Source of the DNA: Podarcis pityusensis
Taxonomy: Eukaryota
Length of the DNA stretch: 64,000 nucleotides
Direction: 5' to 3' (one strand)
Assembly (NCBI GenBank): GCA_964106645.2
Contig: OZ067043.1
Positions 1 through 13,096 of the stretch are shown here, in pieces (position 1 is the stretch's first letter; the number at the start of each line of letters is the position of its first letter). The position numbers and the translations under genes are program-made. The notes beneath the pieces are model-generated. The model saw nothing but the letters and a program-made list of their open reading frames with translations. It ran no database searches and was not told where the DNA came from.

Positions 1-1133
1 GAGTTTGTTACAGTTGGAGATTTAGGGTAGAATAACAGATGATTCAGAGCTCATTAAAAGTGTTTCAGTTAGATATTGGAAAACATATACTTGTGCCTGC
101 CAGGATATTTTCGTGCTGTAAAATGAGAAGACCTGGGAGCTCAGAGACGTCATTTCCAAGAGGGGCCAGGCTGGTTGTTGTCTGCAAGAAGGAGCTGCAA
201 AAGCATAATTGTGTTGCTTTTCTCTGCAAGCTGCCATGGCTGCTTTTCGGCTAATGTTTGTTTTTAATATGTTTGTTTTTCATAATTTTAATATGGTACC
301 TGATTTATGTAAGAAAGTAACATATATGCTTGGTATCTGTTTCCTGCCACAGTGGGTGCAAGGGAGAGAAGGATCTGTCCATTTCTGTCCTCTCTGTTTC
401 CCATTTTTCCAATCTTAAATTCAGTTATCCACCATCTTGCAGCAATTTTTGATTTAAAAAAAAAATCCTCACAAAAATTCAGAAGCATTATAGAGCAAAT
501 GTCTCCTTTAAAAAGATGGTTCATATGCAGTTTTGACTAATGTACACATTTTGCAAGCTATTTGGCCCCTAAATTTAGTGGTCAGTTTCTGCAAAATTGG
601 CAGAAACCATGCCTTTGATACCATGCCTTTGCAGAAAGACCCTCCAAATATTTCCAGTGCCTAGAGATTAATAATCTTGCAGACATCAAGAAAAAATCTG
701 GCTCAACTTTTCCTTTTCCCAACTCTGTTCTAGTCGTTACTGGTGGTTAACAGTGCCAGTGAGGACACTGGCAACGAAGCCTATGCTGTTATTTGGATAA
801 TCACTATGAACACAGTTCTTCAAAAGACGCTACCATAGCACATTCCTATCAAAGGTGAAAATACACTCCTTTATGCTGCCAGCATTTTGGGGGAAGACGT
901 TTTCAATACCTAAGATCATTCTACCTCATCCTATTCCTGCCAGTCAGGCTGTTGATGCCAGGGGACCCCAATCTTCCTTGTTAAACCAACTTGGGTTCAA
1001 ACAAAAACGTTATGAAATGTTAACATCTAGTCATGATTCTTATACTGACCCCACTGGGGTAGTGCCTCTCTGGGTACCATTTCCTCTCTTACCTTTCTGA
1101 AATGCAGGGCCAGTTGACACTGATCATCTAGGC

Positions 1134-1249
1134 CAGGCTTCCTGAAATGGCCTACAACTCCTATGATCCCTAGCTAGCAGGACCAGTGGTCAGGGATGAT
1201 GGGAATTGTAGTCTCAAAACAACTGGAGGGCTGAGGTTGAGGAAGCCTG
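1134..1249. mobile_element. Short palindromic hAT MITE (related copies near 2575-2704, 3565-3680, 22430-22550, 45296-45431, 50030-50122)
   Basis: TIR caggcttcct / aggaagcctg, 8-bp TSD atctaggc / ctctaggc, and internal inverted repeat ctacaactcc...gggaattgtag. Confidence 0.8.
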
Positions 1250-2727
1250 CTCTAGGCTTAACAAGTATTTCCACTGTCTCCCCTCATTTCCATCTGCATG
1301 TCCGTATTACTGAACTGCAAACAAAGATGTTCAGGTCTTTCCCCCTGATTGGCTCTGATTAATTTAGGACCCAGTGATGCGCATGAGTAATTCTTATTAT
1401 GCTCTCCAATGTGCATTTACTCTGTATTAGTTGACACTGATTTGCATTTGTCAGCATACAACTCATTCCCTGAGCTTGTTTAGGTCCCTCTGAAATTTAT
1501 CTCTCACAGAAGTTGCACCCCTGCTTTATCCATCTCAGCTCATTTCCATCATCTGCCTAGCTCAGTCACACTGCTTTCTGATTTGTGGTGGCCGCTGCAA
1601 AAATAGAAAAGAAAGGAAACTTCTGGCTTTTCTTACCCAGGAAAATGGGTAATGCTCCACTGCAACAGAATGGGATCTGTGTGAGAAGGCAGACACGGTT
1701 CCTGCACCTTCAAAAGTTGTGTAGCAGAGGAAATTTCTCCTGCAGGCTTCCATCTGCTGAAATGTCTGCACAATTAAAGGTGAAGGAGCCCTAGTCTCCT
1801 TTTTTAAACCTAGCCACCCTAGAGCTGTGTTATCATATTTCTCCCACCCTCCCTAGCTCTTTGGGAATGTTTCTGTACAGGTGAGATCCTAGGTTTGCCT
1901 CCCACCTTAATATTTGTGAACACAGAGCCAGGAATTCTAGTGCTCCACCAATCAAAATGCTTTGTGCAGAGACCATAGAGGCTGGTGCCCATCACCCCAA
2001 CCTGATCAGAAATCAGATAGGCTGATTTCTACTTTTGGAACTAGTTCCTAAATGGAGGCTTTGTGAGAGCTCTCAGGCATGCCCACAGTAAACAGTTACA
2101 ACAAAAAGCAAAATTCCTTCTGATGCAACAGCCAGTTTGAATGAAATTACATAATTTTAGTTCTTTTTAAAGTCTCAGACCACTCAATCCTTTTAATGGT
2201 CTCTCATGTAGAGACTTGAGGCTTTCTTAATTGGAGTACAGGCATGTAGAACAGGACAGAACTTCCCCTTCTGGACTGGGCATAGTCATGCTCCCCCCAC
2301 AGTCTACTTTACGGCTTCCCTACAGAATTACCAGCTTTCATTCTGTTGGGAGCCCCCCCCTCCTTGTGGATTGTTAAACTACTGGTTTTAATAGAAATGT
2401 CAAGTTGTGGTATGTGTTTTTCACTGTAACAGATTTTTGTGCTCTTCTCTCTCTGCTTGCAGCTGTGACTGCTAACCATCGTCAGAAATGGAATGCCAGT
2501 AGTGATTGCTTAATTCTGTCAGGGGCCCAGAAGTATCTATAAATCAGTCAGGAAGCAGGAAGTTACCCAAGACTGGGGATAGGGAAAACACAGCCCTCCA
2601 TATGTTGCTGGACTCTAACTCCCATCAGCCCCAGCCAGCGTGGCCAATGCTCAAGAATTATGGGAACTGTAGCTCAGCATCTTCTGGAGAGCTTCCCATC
2701 CCTGCTCAAGAGCATGGCCAGGAGACT

Positions 2728-2962
2728 TACAGCACAATCCCATACATGTCTAAGTCCCATTGAGTCCAGTGGGACTTACTTTCTGTTCCAGGTAAGTGAG
2801 GATGCTAGGATTGCAGCCTTGGTATCATAAGAAGTTCAAGGGAGGTACAGACTCCAGAGTGGGTGATGGAGGCAAAAATCCTATACACACTTACACAGGG
2901 AGTAAGTCTGATTAATCTCACTGGGGTTTACTTAGGAGTAGATGTGCATGGGATTGTGCTGT
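2728..2962. repeat. Two adjacent copies of a ~90-bp palindromic repeat (others near 17553, 23510, 24065-24190, 30380, 36415, 41748, 50542-50740, 59270)
   Basis: Recurring pattern caatcct...agtaagtcccattga...gtgggacttact...aggattg. Confidence 0.7.
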
Positions 2963-4252
2963 GAAGCACTGGGTAAAAGTGGAGACAAGCAAGGTCTAGC
3001 TATTGCAAACTGAATTAGCCAAGTAGACTTCTTTAGGCTACGTGCAGATAGAGAGTAATGAGACCTGGTCTAACAAAGGGGCCAGTAGGCTCAAGCCAAA
3101 TGAAACCAGTCATTTAGGTGAGGTGACTAGGAGTAGGAATCTGGGCAGCATGACTTAACATGGCCTCGTGAGAGGAGCAGAAAACCCCATTGCCCCAGTG
3201 GACATAGACTAGTTGTTGAGCAATTCAAGCTCTGTTCCCACTGGAGATACCAGAATAGTGTAACTCAGGCTCAATAAGATCTAAGTCGAAGAAAACATCA
3301 ATCCCAACTCACAAGCTCATATATGAGCAGCAGATTGGCTTTGTTTCCTCCTCCTACTCTTGCAATATGCCAGACAAATATTTCCCAATAATAAAAGAGG
3401 TAACACTGTTATGCTGTGTGCTCAGTACACTTCCTCTCCCCCAGCCCTTTCCTTTCATCAGGAACAGGGACTGCAGCAGCACTGTGAGACTCTTTGGAGG
3501 AAGAGCTGTGAGAAGGAGCAGAGAAGTTTGTTTATCCAGCTAGCATAGACATCTGGAGAAGAGGAAGGGAGCCAACATGGTGCCCTGCAGATATTGCGGG
3601 CGATTCACTCCCACCATCCCTAATCCTGCTGGCGGAGGCTGATGAGTGTTGGAGGACACCACATTGGCCGTCCCAGGGCTAGATTAGCCAGTGGCAAGCA
3701 GACTTCCCAGATTTCATTGTTACTGGAGCCCTTCCTAACCCAGCAAATGCAAAGCATTTCCCCATATGTTGAATAGTGAGATTGCTACCTCTTTTCTAAT
3801 AGGGCTCATGGACCTTTAACTGCTGCATGTTGTGCAGAAATATAACATGTGCAGTTTCCCCCCTCTGTCCTGTCTCTGTGCCTAGGGGAGATGCGCCCTG
3901 CTGTATTTCTTCCTATCAGGCAGCTGATAAAGGCACAGGAGCCTGTCCTGGTGGTATACTATTTCAACACAGAACAAGGCTCTGTTTTGTAAGCTGTTGA
4001 GATACACATGCACACATCGGTATAATCCTGGTGCTGGAGTAAAGATATGCATGTGGTCACAGGACAAACATAACTATTTTGTCAGCATGGTGAAGGCACA
4101 CGGCTATGGGAAGTTTGAACAAAATCTGTATCCCAACCAAAATTCGTCCAGTATTACTTGCTCAAGCTTTTTTGCAAGCACCAATGGCTATAACGCCTAC
4201 CCTATTTACCCCATGATCTTAGGTAGAGGATCAATTGTGGCTTGATGTTCTT

Positions 4253-4270
4253 TGCTGCCCTCTGCTGGCA
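4253..4270 (-). promoter_or_regulatory. CTCF-binding motif
   Basis: Minus strand GCCAGCAGAGGGCAGC is a near-consensus CTCF core. Confidence 0.55.
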
Positions 4271-5920
4271 AAGTGAATAGAATTATTGGCTCAGAAAGTG
4301 GAAGATAAGCATTCTGCATGGGGTTCACCATTGGGAGCTTCCAGTTGGGAACCATTATTCAAGAGGATCCACCATACCCTCATTTTCAAGCAAGGCAGCC
4401 ATATGCTGAGTGTCATAATCAGAGCCATAATAAATAACAAGACGGAAAAAAATTAAAAGATGATCCAAAAATAACTCCCTTAAGAGAATCAAGTCTTTTC
4501 ATCTTAAGACAGTCTTTAAAAGAATCTTTCAAAAGAATCTTAAGATTGTCTTAAGATCTTTCATCTGGTTATTTATTATGACTATGACTGACCAACATGG
4601 CTACCTACCTGAATCTGTAATCAGAGCCAGTCCATTTTTCACTGAATGGACAGTTATGAAGGGGCATCACACATGATAGTCTTGTCTTGTCTAGAACTGT
4701 CTTTTTAGATTTCTACAAGGTCCTGCAGCTACTAATAGGTATATAACAAGGACAAAATCAACAAGTGTAGCTAGCTTAGCTACTGCTCCCTCAGCAGTCG
4801 CAGCAGCACCTCATGGAAAGCTCTATCTGTTAAGCTGTTTGCCTTGTGTCTGTTAAAAATGTATTAGCCTTGTGTTTGTGTAGCAAGACTTAAAATTGAA
4901 ACCCTTTCCCCACTTTTGCTTGTAGTAGTTTTCTATTCCCATTAAATGGATTGTCTTTTTTCATGTACTACGAGCAGAATCCTCTCCAGTTTGTAGAGCA
5001 CCTCTTAAATGTGGATTGAATAGGTAGCCTGCCGACTGTTACAAGTTCTGCTGGTGTTCAGCATAAGCAGGGAGCTACGCTACCCCAAAGGAAAAATTGA
5101 ACACCATGTGCAGGATGATTGTGTGCTCTGGTGCTGAAGTGAATGACAAGATCTGTCATCCTACAAGCGCTAAGAAGGCAGTGTGAGAGATCTTGCACTT
5201 ACCAGGAACATGCCCAGCCCCAGTAAGGACAAGTGAAACTGTCCCTCTTGATGGTGATTCCACATCGAGAGCAGCTTTACCTGCTGAATCCTGCAGTTCT
5301 GCAGCTATTAGAACAGGGTTGCGGAATCTGTGGCCTATCAGATGTTGGAGATCACCATTAGTCATGCTGGCAGGGGATGAAATCCAGCAATACCTAGAGG
5401 ACCAACACAGGTTCTCCAGCCCTGTATTAAAGGCATAAGGAGCTTGCCAGAAAGAAAAATGGCTAACAGGTCTAACGGAGGTCAGAAGCAATCAGATCAC
5501 ATATCCCCCCCCCCCTTCAGTTCCGCAGTTGTGTTAGCAGAAATCCCATCTCTTGCCTTTCTGTAGACTGATTTGATGAGTCCCAGGCAGTAACTGCAGT
5601 AGCTTCAAGTGTGATGTGAACTGGAGTTATTCTGGAGGCAGGAAGGCTGGGTGCCATTTGTTGGGCAAGGAGATGAACACACACAGGAATGTGCCATACA
5701 TTTGGAAAGAGATATGTGGGGTGCTGCTGCTTATATGGGGGACTCATGAGCACAGCAGTGATACACACCATCCACACCATTCACATGAGGAGATGGTATG
5801 ACTGGGGTGTCCTTGGTTCCATTTTAGACACTAAATCACTAGGGAGCCTTACACAGCAATTCTATACTGTACTGACTTACCCGGGAGTAACTCAATGAGA
5901 GCTCACTGAAGCTTATTTCT

Positions 5921-6226
5921 AAGTATCTAAAGGGCTGTCAGGTGGAAGATGGAGCAAGCTTGCTTTCTGCTGCTCCAGAGGGTAGGACCAGAACCAATGG
6001 ATTCAAATTACAAGAAAGGAGATTCCGACTAGACAGAATTTTTTTCTGACAGAGCTGTTTGAGAGTGGAATAGACTACTTTGGAAGGTGCTGGGTTCTCC
6101 TTCATTGGAGGTTTTTAAATAAGCTGGATCTGTCAGGGTTTTTTTTTAATAGTCATGATCTTTCATCGCAGGGGGTTGGACTAGATGACCCATTGGGTCT
6201 CTTCCAACTCTATAGTTCTAAGATTC
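5921..6226 (+). mobile_element. CR1 LINE 3' fragment inserted into a short palindromic MITE
   Basis: Homologous to 20615-20930. The flanks 5853-5925 and 6229-6253 rejoin into one copy of the gcaatccta...taggattgc family. Confidence 0.85.
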
Positions 6227-7399
6227 GAAATAAACATGTATAGGATTCTGCTGTTAGGCAAATTCCTGTTCCTTTCAGTCACCCACCACCGTTATGAGGA
6301 AAATAACATTGGCCTACTTGGAGGTTGTAAGAATTACAGAGATTATGTCATACAAGATCTGGGGAGGCTGAAACCACCATGTTATCTGAGCAATTGCATT
6401 CCCTGAAATATTGCATAATATTTGTATTGAGTCGGCAGTTTCCTTTCCCTGAGATACATACAGTTTATCCTTGTACTGTTTTCTTCTTGATAGTCCATTA
6501 TTCTAGGCACTGTCATTCTTGCAGCTTCAAAATACTAGCTTTAGAGCACTGGATAAGTGCTGTGATTTCTATAGCAATCCCAGGGAGCCCCTGGATGAGG
6601 GCACAGAGCCTAACGCCCTCTGCTCCTGGATGGCTTTGCCCATCCTTTGCAAGCCCTTCCCATTATGATGGGCACAATATGAAGAGCTTCCAGTCAAGAG
6701 GTCTGTATCCATTGCCTTGCCCTGCTTGCAGTGGGGAAGCTCAACAGCTGAGCTGTCTGCAGCTGCTCAAAATAACCTCCAACCAGTGCAGCACTATCAT
6801 GTGACTGGGCCTCAAAAGGGGCCTCAGCAGCTGGGGTGAAGGCATCTGAGCTGGGCTGGCAGCTGGCACCAATTACTTTGAAGGATTTATGGAGTCCATG
6901 GGGCTAAGTATAGGGAGGGGGGCTCCACGCATGCAAGGAGTCCTTGCTCTGGTGGGTAGCACCTGCCGCTGGATCATCCTGGGTGTCTCTTGGGTGGTTC
7001 TTTTGTACCAGAATAAACAACCCAGAATAAGGCCGTGTACACACTGCCAGTTTCAAATGCTGCTAGGTTGTTCCTTTCCTCGATTTGCATTGAAGGTGGT
7101 TCGTGGAAAAGTGCACCAAAATGCAGAATTTCATAAGAAATGACGGGATGGATACAGGATATAGATTGTGGTTAATATGATGTGTGTACACCACTGCCCA
7201 AACCAGCAGGGGGAGCACACAAGATGCAGAGTAAACCGGATTGCCTCCACCGCCCAAATCTACTCTCTGGTTCTCTTCTTGCTGACAAAGGCTTTTTATT
7301 TTAACACCCACACATTTAAGGACCTGCTCTCAAGATAATTCAACATACACTGCATGTTTTTAAGGGTTTTTAATTATCTAGTTAGGATGGTTTAAATTA

Positions 7400-7617
7400 C
7401 AGGGGTCAGCAAACTTTTTCAGTTTCAGACCTTGTGGGGGGCCGGACTATATTGGGGGGGGGGGAGAACGAATTCCTATGCCCCACAAATAACCCAGAAA
7501 TGCATTTTAAATAAAAGGACACCTTCTACTCATGTAACAACATACCAATTCACGGACTGTCCATGGGCCGGATTTAGAAGGTGATTGGGCCGGATCCGGC
7601 CCCCGGGCCTACCCATG
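7400..7617 (+). mobile_element. hAT (Charlie/OC1-like) MITE
   Basis: caggggtcagcaaac...gcctacccatg; reverse-complement homologue of 9948-10201. Confidence 0.8.
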
Positions 7618-7902
7618 GTTCAAAAAAAGATGAATCCACTGCTTCAAAGATCAGTTAAGGGATAATTGTCCAAAACCTATAAGAATCTATATAGTTCAGG
7701 ATTCATGAACTGTCCTGAAGACACAAGTATGGTCTTGAAAGCAACAGTTTGAAACCACTCTCCCATCCTTTAAGTACTTCAAAACCAGTGTCTTACTATT
7801 CTAATTGTGGAAACAGAAAGGCAATCAAAATATACTTGTGATCATTAATACTTATAAAATCCTTGCAAATTCTTTCTCTTGCACAGAGACACAACATACA
7901 TA

Positions 7903-8149
7903 CAGTGGTACCTCAGGTTACATACGCTTCAGGTCACATATGCTTCAGGTTACAGACTCCGCTAGCCCCGAAATAGTACCTCGGGTTAAGAACTTTGCTT
8001 CAGGATGAGAACAGAAATTGTGCTCCGGCGGCGCGGCAGCAGCAGGAGACCCCATTAGCTAAAGTGGTGCTTCAGGTTAAGAACAGTTTCAGGTTAAGAA
8101 CGGACCTCCGAAACGAATTACGGTAAGTGCTTAACCTGAGGTACCACTA
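7903..8149. mobile_element. Tc1/mariner (Tigger/pogo-like) MITE
   Basis: TIR cagtggtacctcaggtta / taacctgaggtaccact, TA TSD; very similar to the copies at 9004 and 50137. Confidence 0.9.
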
Positions 8150-8731
8150 TACAGGTATCTTACACCTATATATCAGATCAGGCTGGATCTCTGAAGTATC
8201 ACCGCTCTCCAATAGGGGGAGGTATCTATACATGCCGCAACAGAGATAGCAGGCTACAAACCTTTCCCTAGAGAACAAATGGCTGACAGATTCCAAAAGA
8301 GGACAAAATGACTGAGATTTTGTGATAGCTGTGTTGAAGGGGGAAGTTTGGAACGTTCAGCTTGTCATGGAGGGATAAGAAAAGCATCATCAGTCTACAC
8401 AACTCTCCTTTGCTGCCCGGTATTCTTGGAACTGCCTCCTAGATTATCTCTGCGATGCCACCTCTCCCTTCCATCAAATTCCTCTTCAAAATCCACCTTT
8501 GCTGTGAAGCCTTTTGCATAACCCACAGGCTCCCAGGCCCTCCTGAAACTCAGCCTAGTACACAGACAACTGGAACCACTGCTTGCCTGAGTACACCTGT
8601 CTCCATTTCCTTCCTCTGTTGGCTTCACCTGTGTCAGATTTTAGACTGTAAGGTCTTTGGGGCAGGGACCTGTTCCTTTGCACTCTGTAAAGATCTATGC
8701 ACACCGAGGGCACTCTCTTAAATTAGTTTTG

Positions 8732-9408
8732 AATCCAAGATGGGCAGCTGTGTTAGCCTGCTACAGTCAGAAGAAAAACAGGAATATTGTGCCTCAGACT
8801 AACACATTTATTGTGGCACAAGCTTTTGTCTACAAGAGCCCACTTCACCAGATGCTACGTGTGCACACTCACACATATATATAGGGGTGAGCGGAGAATC
8901 TTGTAAACCATGGAGCTGGAAGGCCATGGAATAAAAAATATATAGTGTGTAACATTTCTGTGCAAAACACAAATAGCAATGTGATCATTTACAACAGCAG
9001 TTACAGTGGTACCTCGGGTTACAGACGCTTCAGGTTACAGACCCCGCTAACCCAGAAATAGTACTTTGGGTTAAGAACTTTGTTTCAGGATGAGAACAGA
9101 AATCACGTGGTGGCGGCGCGGCGGCAGCAGCGGGAGGCCCCATTAGCTAAAGTAGTACCTCAGGTTAAGAACAGTTTCAGGTTAAGAACAGACCTCCAGA
9201 ATGAATTAAGTTCTTACCCGAGGTACCACTGTATAGTGTTCCTTGCATTTTGCAGTCTTTTGGTTCCATAGTTTATTAATTTCCCCCATGTACCCCATGT
9301 GTACACTACTGAGGGACCATGCATCTGATGAAGTCGGTTTAGGACACAAGACCTTTGCCATGATAAATCTGCTAGTCTCTAAGCTGCTATAAGAATCTTT
9401 GTTGTTAC
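8732..9408. mobile_element. Penelope-like element remnant with inverted terminal segments
   Basis: 8780-8855 (minus) and 9321-9408 (plus) are diverged inverted copies of gcatctgatgaagt...ataaat..g.tagtct; interrupted by the MITE at 9004. Confidence 0.6.
9004..9231. mobile_element. Tc1/mariner (Tigger/pogo-like) MITE
   Basis: TIR cagtggtacctcggg / cccgaggtaccactg, TA TSD. Confidence 0.9.
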
Positions 9409-9947
9409 ATCTATTAATGGCACAGGAGCCTTGTCCTTGGGATTTGGTTGCCCTCATAGTACCTGCCTGCTTAGGAAGACCTCATAGGAACTTGGCTGGA
9501 AGCCAGAAGAGTTGGGTGCCTCAAGGACTCTTTCATTCGGCACAGAGAAGCAAATACAAGAACTGTTTGTGAAATACAGACAGGTTAATTTTAGGAATAT
9601 CCCGGTTTCTTTTAAAATGGAGGCTGCTTTAATCATCTGACACAACAGGTCCTGAGATGGGAGGGATTCTGAGTTTTGAAGTCTCCACGTTCCCATGCCT
9701 TGACTCTGTATCAGGAGAAGCACAAGTGCAGTTGGCTGTGCAAAAGTAGGCCTGATCCAACAGTACTAACCAGAAAGGACATGAATCGTAAGAAGCTGTC
9801 ATATTATCAGGTCAGATCACATGTCCATTTAGCTCAGCATTGTCTTCACGATGGCAGTAAAGCTTCATACTGCATGCAACCTTGTCCTTTTTACAGGAGA
9901 TGGCCAGGAATCAGACTCAGATAGCCAGCATAGTGTAGTGATTAGAG

Positions 9948-10201
9948 CATGGGTAGGCAAACTAAGGCCTGGGGATCGGATGTGGCCCAATCGCCTTCTA
10001 AATCTGGCCCACGGACGGCCCAGGAATCCACGTGTTTTTACATGAGTAGAATGTGCGCTTTTATTTAAAATGCATCTCTGGGTTATTTGTGGGGCATAGG
10101 AATTCGTTCATTTTTTCCCCCTCCCAAAATATAGTCCGGCTCCCCACAAGGTATGAGGGACAGTGGACTGGCCCCCTGATGAAAATGTTTGCAGACCCCT
10201 A
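9948..10201 (-). mobile_element. hAT (Charlie/OC1-like) MITE inserted into a tRNA-derived SINE head
   Basis: TIRs catgggtaggcaaac / gtttgcagaccccta and a perfect 8-bp TSD gattagag (9940-9947, 10202-10209). The flanks rejoin into A-box/B-box SINE sequence. Confidence 0.88.
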
Positions 10202-10404
10202 GATTAGAGTGTCACCCAACTAGGACTAAGGGGAGTTGGGTTCAAATCCCCACTGAGCCATGTGTTTGGTTTTTAGTATGGTTGAAATGTTCTGAATTTA
10301 TATAAATTGTATTGTTTGTATTTGCATTATTTTGTATTGACATTGTTGTATTTGTGTGTATCTGTTGATACTTGAGCAGTGCCTCCCTGGACAAAGGTCC
10401 AACT

Positions 10405-10875
10405 GCCTTATCTTAGATCCTAACTTAAACAGTTCAGGACTGCAATATCTCAAGGACCGCCTCTTTCCATATGAACCTACCCAGACCCTGAGATCATCTT
10501 CTGAGGCCTTCCTTTGTGTGCCTTCTCCTCGAGAGGTCCGGAGGGTGGCAACATGAGAATGGGCTTTCTCTGCAGTGGCTCCCTGTCTGTGGAATTCTCT
10601 CCCCAGGGAAGTTCACCTGGCGCCTTCATTGCACACCTATAGGCGCCAGGCAAAAACATTCCTTTTTAACCAGGCCTTTGGTTGATCTGTTTAACATCCT
10701 ATACCCTTTTAAAATGTGGCTCTTTTCTGTGGGGGTTTTATTGGGTTGTTGTTTTTATTCTGATTATATATGTTGTGATATGTTGTGAGACCTTATGTTT
10801 GTATTATATATTATATATGTTGTGATATGTTGTGAGACCTCCAGGTATAGGGCGGTATATAAACTCAATAAATAA
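10405..10875 (+). mobile_element. L2-clade LINE 3' fragment
   Basis: Peptide GLQYLKDRLFPYEPTQTLRSS, then a ctgtggaattctctcccc motif and a gggcggtatataaa...aataaataa tail typical of squamate L2. Confidence 0.75.
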
Positions 10876-11312
10876 CTGCTACTACTACTTTCTCCTCCTC
10901 TGACTGCCTATGAAATCAGCAGTTCAAAAAGGCCGCCTCCACCTTCTACTCTGCTTGAAGAACTGTCCTCATCCTCCAACTTCTTTCTTTTTGCAGATTG
11001 GTATGATTTAGCAATGGCAGGATTAACCCACAGGACAATATTGTTTCCAGCTTTCTCCTGGGCTGGCATCCGTCCCCTCCCCCTGGCTCTGTTCCCAAGG
11101 GGTGAACTGCACATGCTGCAGCTGTGCTTTTAGAACATACATGCTGTGGCCCAAGCAGAGGGCCCTGCAGCAGGAAGAGTGAAGGATGCCTGGCTCCACT
11201 GTCCATATCTGTGGCACATTCACTAAGCTCTTTAATTCCTGACTCTTTTGATCCAGGAGATCCTAGCAACCCTTGCAATGTGTATCTTCTCTCCTGACAG
11301 TCATCCAGTGTT

Positions 11313-11504
11313 GGGGAAGGGCCATAGCTCATTGGTAGAGCATCTGTTTGGCATGCAGGAAGTTCCAGATTCAATTCCCAGCATCTCCAAGTAGGGCTGT
11401 CCCCTGCCTGAAATCCCGGAGAGCTGCTGCCAGTCCGTGTAGACAGCCCTGAACTAGATGGCCCAGTGGTCTGACTCATAATAAGGCAGCTTCCTTTGTT
11501 CCTA
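11313..11504 (+). mobile_element. tRNA(Ala)-like squamate SINE (other copies at about 36880-36990 +, 52615-52770 -, 52875-53020 -, 54537-54727 +, 56742-56977 +)
   Basis: A box tagctcattggtagagc, B-box-like gattcaattcc, and a shared tail ctagatggcccagtggtctgactca...aaggcagcttcct. Confidence 0.8.
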
Positions 11505-13096
11505 GCATCTTCCGTGATCCTCACATCCAGGATCCACACCACTGAGTATTAAAGCCAGATCAGACCCTCACTCAAATGCTGTTTTCCCTCTCTGCTCTCA
11601 GCAGGACTATTTAGGACAGGGCTTGTGGAACAATTGCCCAAGCTTCTCGCATTATTCAGGGCTTTTCCAGATGATCGGACTGCTGCACAATATATTCACA
11701 GTAGTTAGCTGCTTTGCTGTGCATGGTCCAGACATCTTGCCTCAAGGTAATACTTCTGTTGTGGGAGAAATACCACATTTTCAAAGCATCCAAACAGCAG
11801 CATTTTGTTCTTAGCGAAACACGTTTGTTTTCCAGCTAGTGCATCCATGGCCATTGTGAATGCTGAGTGTGATGTGGGTTGCACAGGAATTTGGGGTGGG
11901 GGCGGGGGTGTCACCTACAGGATGATACCCCCCACCCACCCATCCCAGATGGTACTGCTACAGGATGGTACCAAGAGCCAGCCATGGGGTGAAACACAGC
12001 CTTTCCCCTCATGCCTTTCTATCAAATTGGGCCAATGTAAGGCAGAGTTTCAACAAATGTTGAGTTGGTTACCCCAAACTCCCAGGGAAAATTGGGGTGG
12101 GTGGGCAGAAGACATCCAACCGGAAAAAAGTGACTATGGCCAACATTTCAAGGGAGAGAATGAATCAGGAGGGTGGGGTGGGCAGAGAAAGTTTCTGCCA
12201 CTGCAAGGCTAGTATTTGAGGCTTGCAAGTATTGTAGTGCCTAAAATAATTAAGGACTAAGTGTCCTTGTCTCACTGCAAGATGAAGAACTCGAACTCCC
12301 AGCTCTGTGTTGTTGTTTTTTGCCACAGGTTTTAATTTGTAAATCAGATTGAGTATGCAGGCCAGACACAGGTTACAAAGTGTGGCAGGTACACAAGAGG
12401 TGGCTAAGTGCAAAGTAAGACATTGATCCAACAAGCAACACACTCTGTCTGCTTGAAGAGCAGGACAGGCCCAGCTCTTAGGGTGGCAAGCAGCCAGAGC
12501 CCCAGAACTGGTCAAGGGAACAGGCACGCTTTGAGTGGGTTGGATCTGTGAGCTTGTTCATGCCATCACTGGCGTCTCTGCGTCCCTGGAGGCAGAGGGG
12601 TGTCGGCCTCAGCAGCTGATTTACTCTGTCACCTCTTTGAACACATAGACTGCCTATGTTAATCTGCATGTTTAAGTTAGGATTGATGCAATGCTTTTAA
12701 TTGCTATCGTCAGTGTTTATTTGCCCCCTGTTATATTTGCAAAAACAAAGTATGTAAGACAGAGCTTGATAGTAGCTGCTAGTTTGTTTACCTGTGAGAT
12801 GCTGATTTGGGAATAGCTTCTGATTGTATAACTCAAGTGATCACACCACACGGTGCATGCACACCATTTGAATGGCAATGTTCATTGACTTGGGGGGCAG
12901 TGGCCCCCTCAAATATTTTCGGGGGTGAGCGAAGGGACCTCTGTCCCAAGGAGTTGGCTCCTATGTTTGGGGCCATACAGCACTGGTAAAACCCACCCTG
13001 TCCAACCTGGGCAGAGTGGATGATATTCAGAGTGGAAGTAACAGCTCATGAAATGTGACTTGTAGTCAAATTAGATCACTTGTAATAAAACATGGA

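Noticed and set aside
569-578. CTAAATTTAG MEF2 palindrome like that of the KLF2 promoter
   Set aside because: It is 24 kb from the gene, in AT-rich, probably repeat-derived sequence where a chance match is likely.
5156-5491. Opposing ORFs and a possible exon bounded by AG/GT
   Set aside because: No recognisable protein similarity and no partner exons.
10946-11542. 198-aa minus-strand ORF
   Set aside because: It runs antisense through a SINE, has a non-ATG start and shows no domain.
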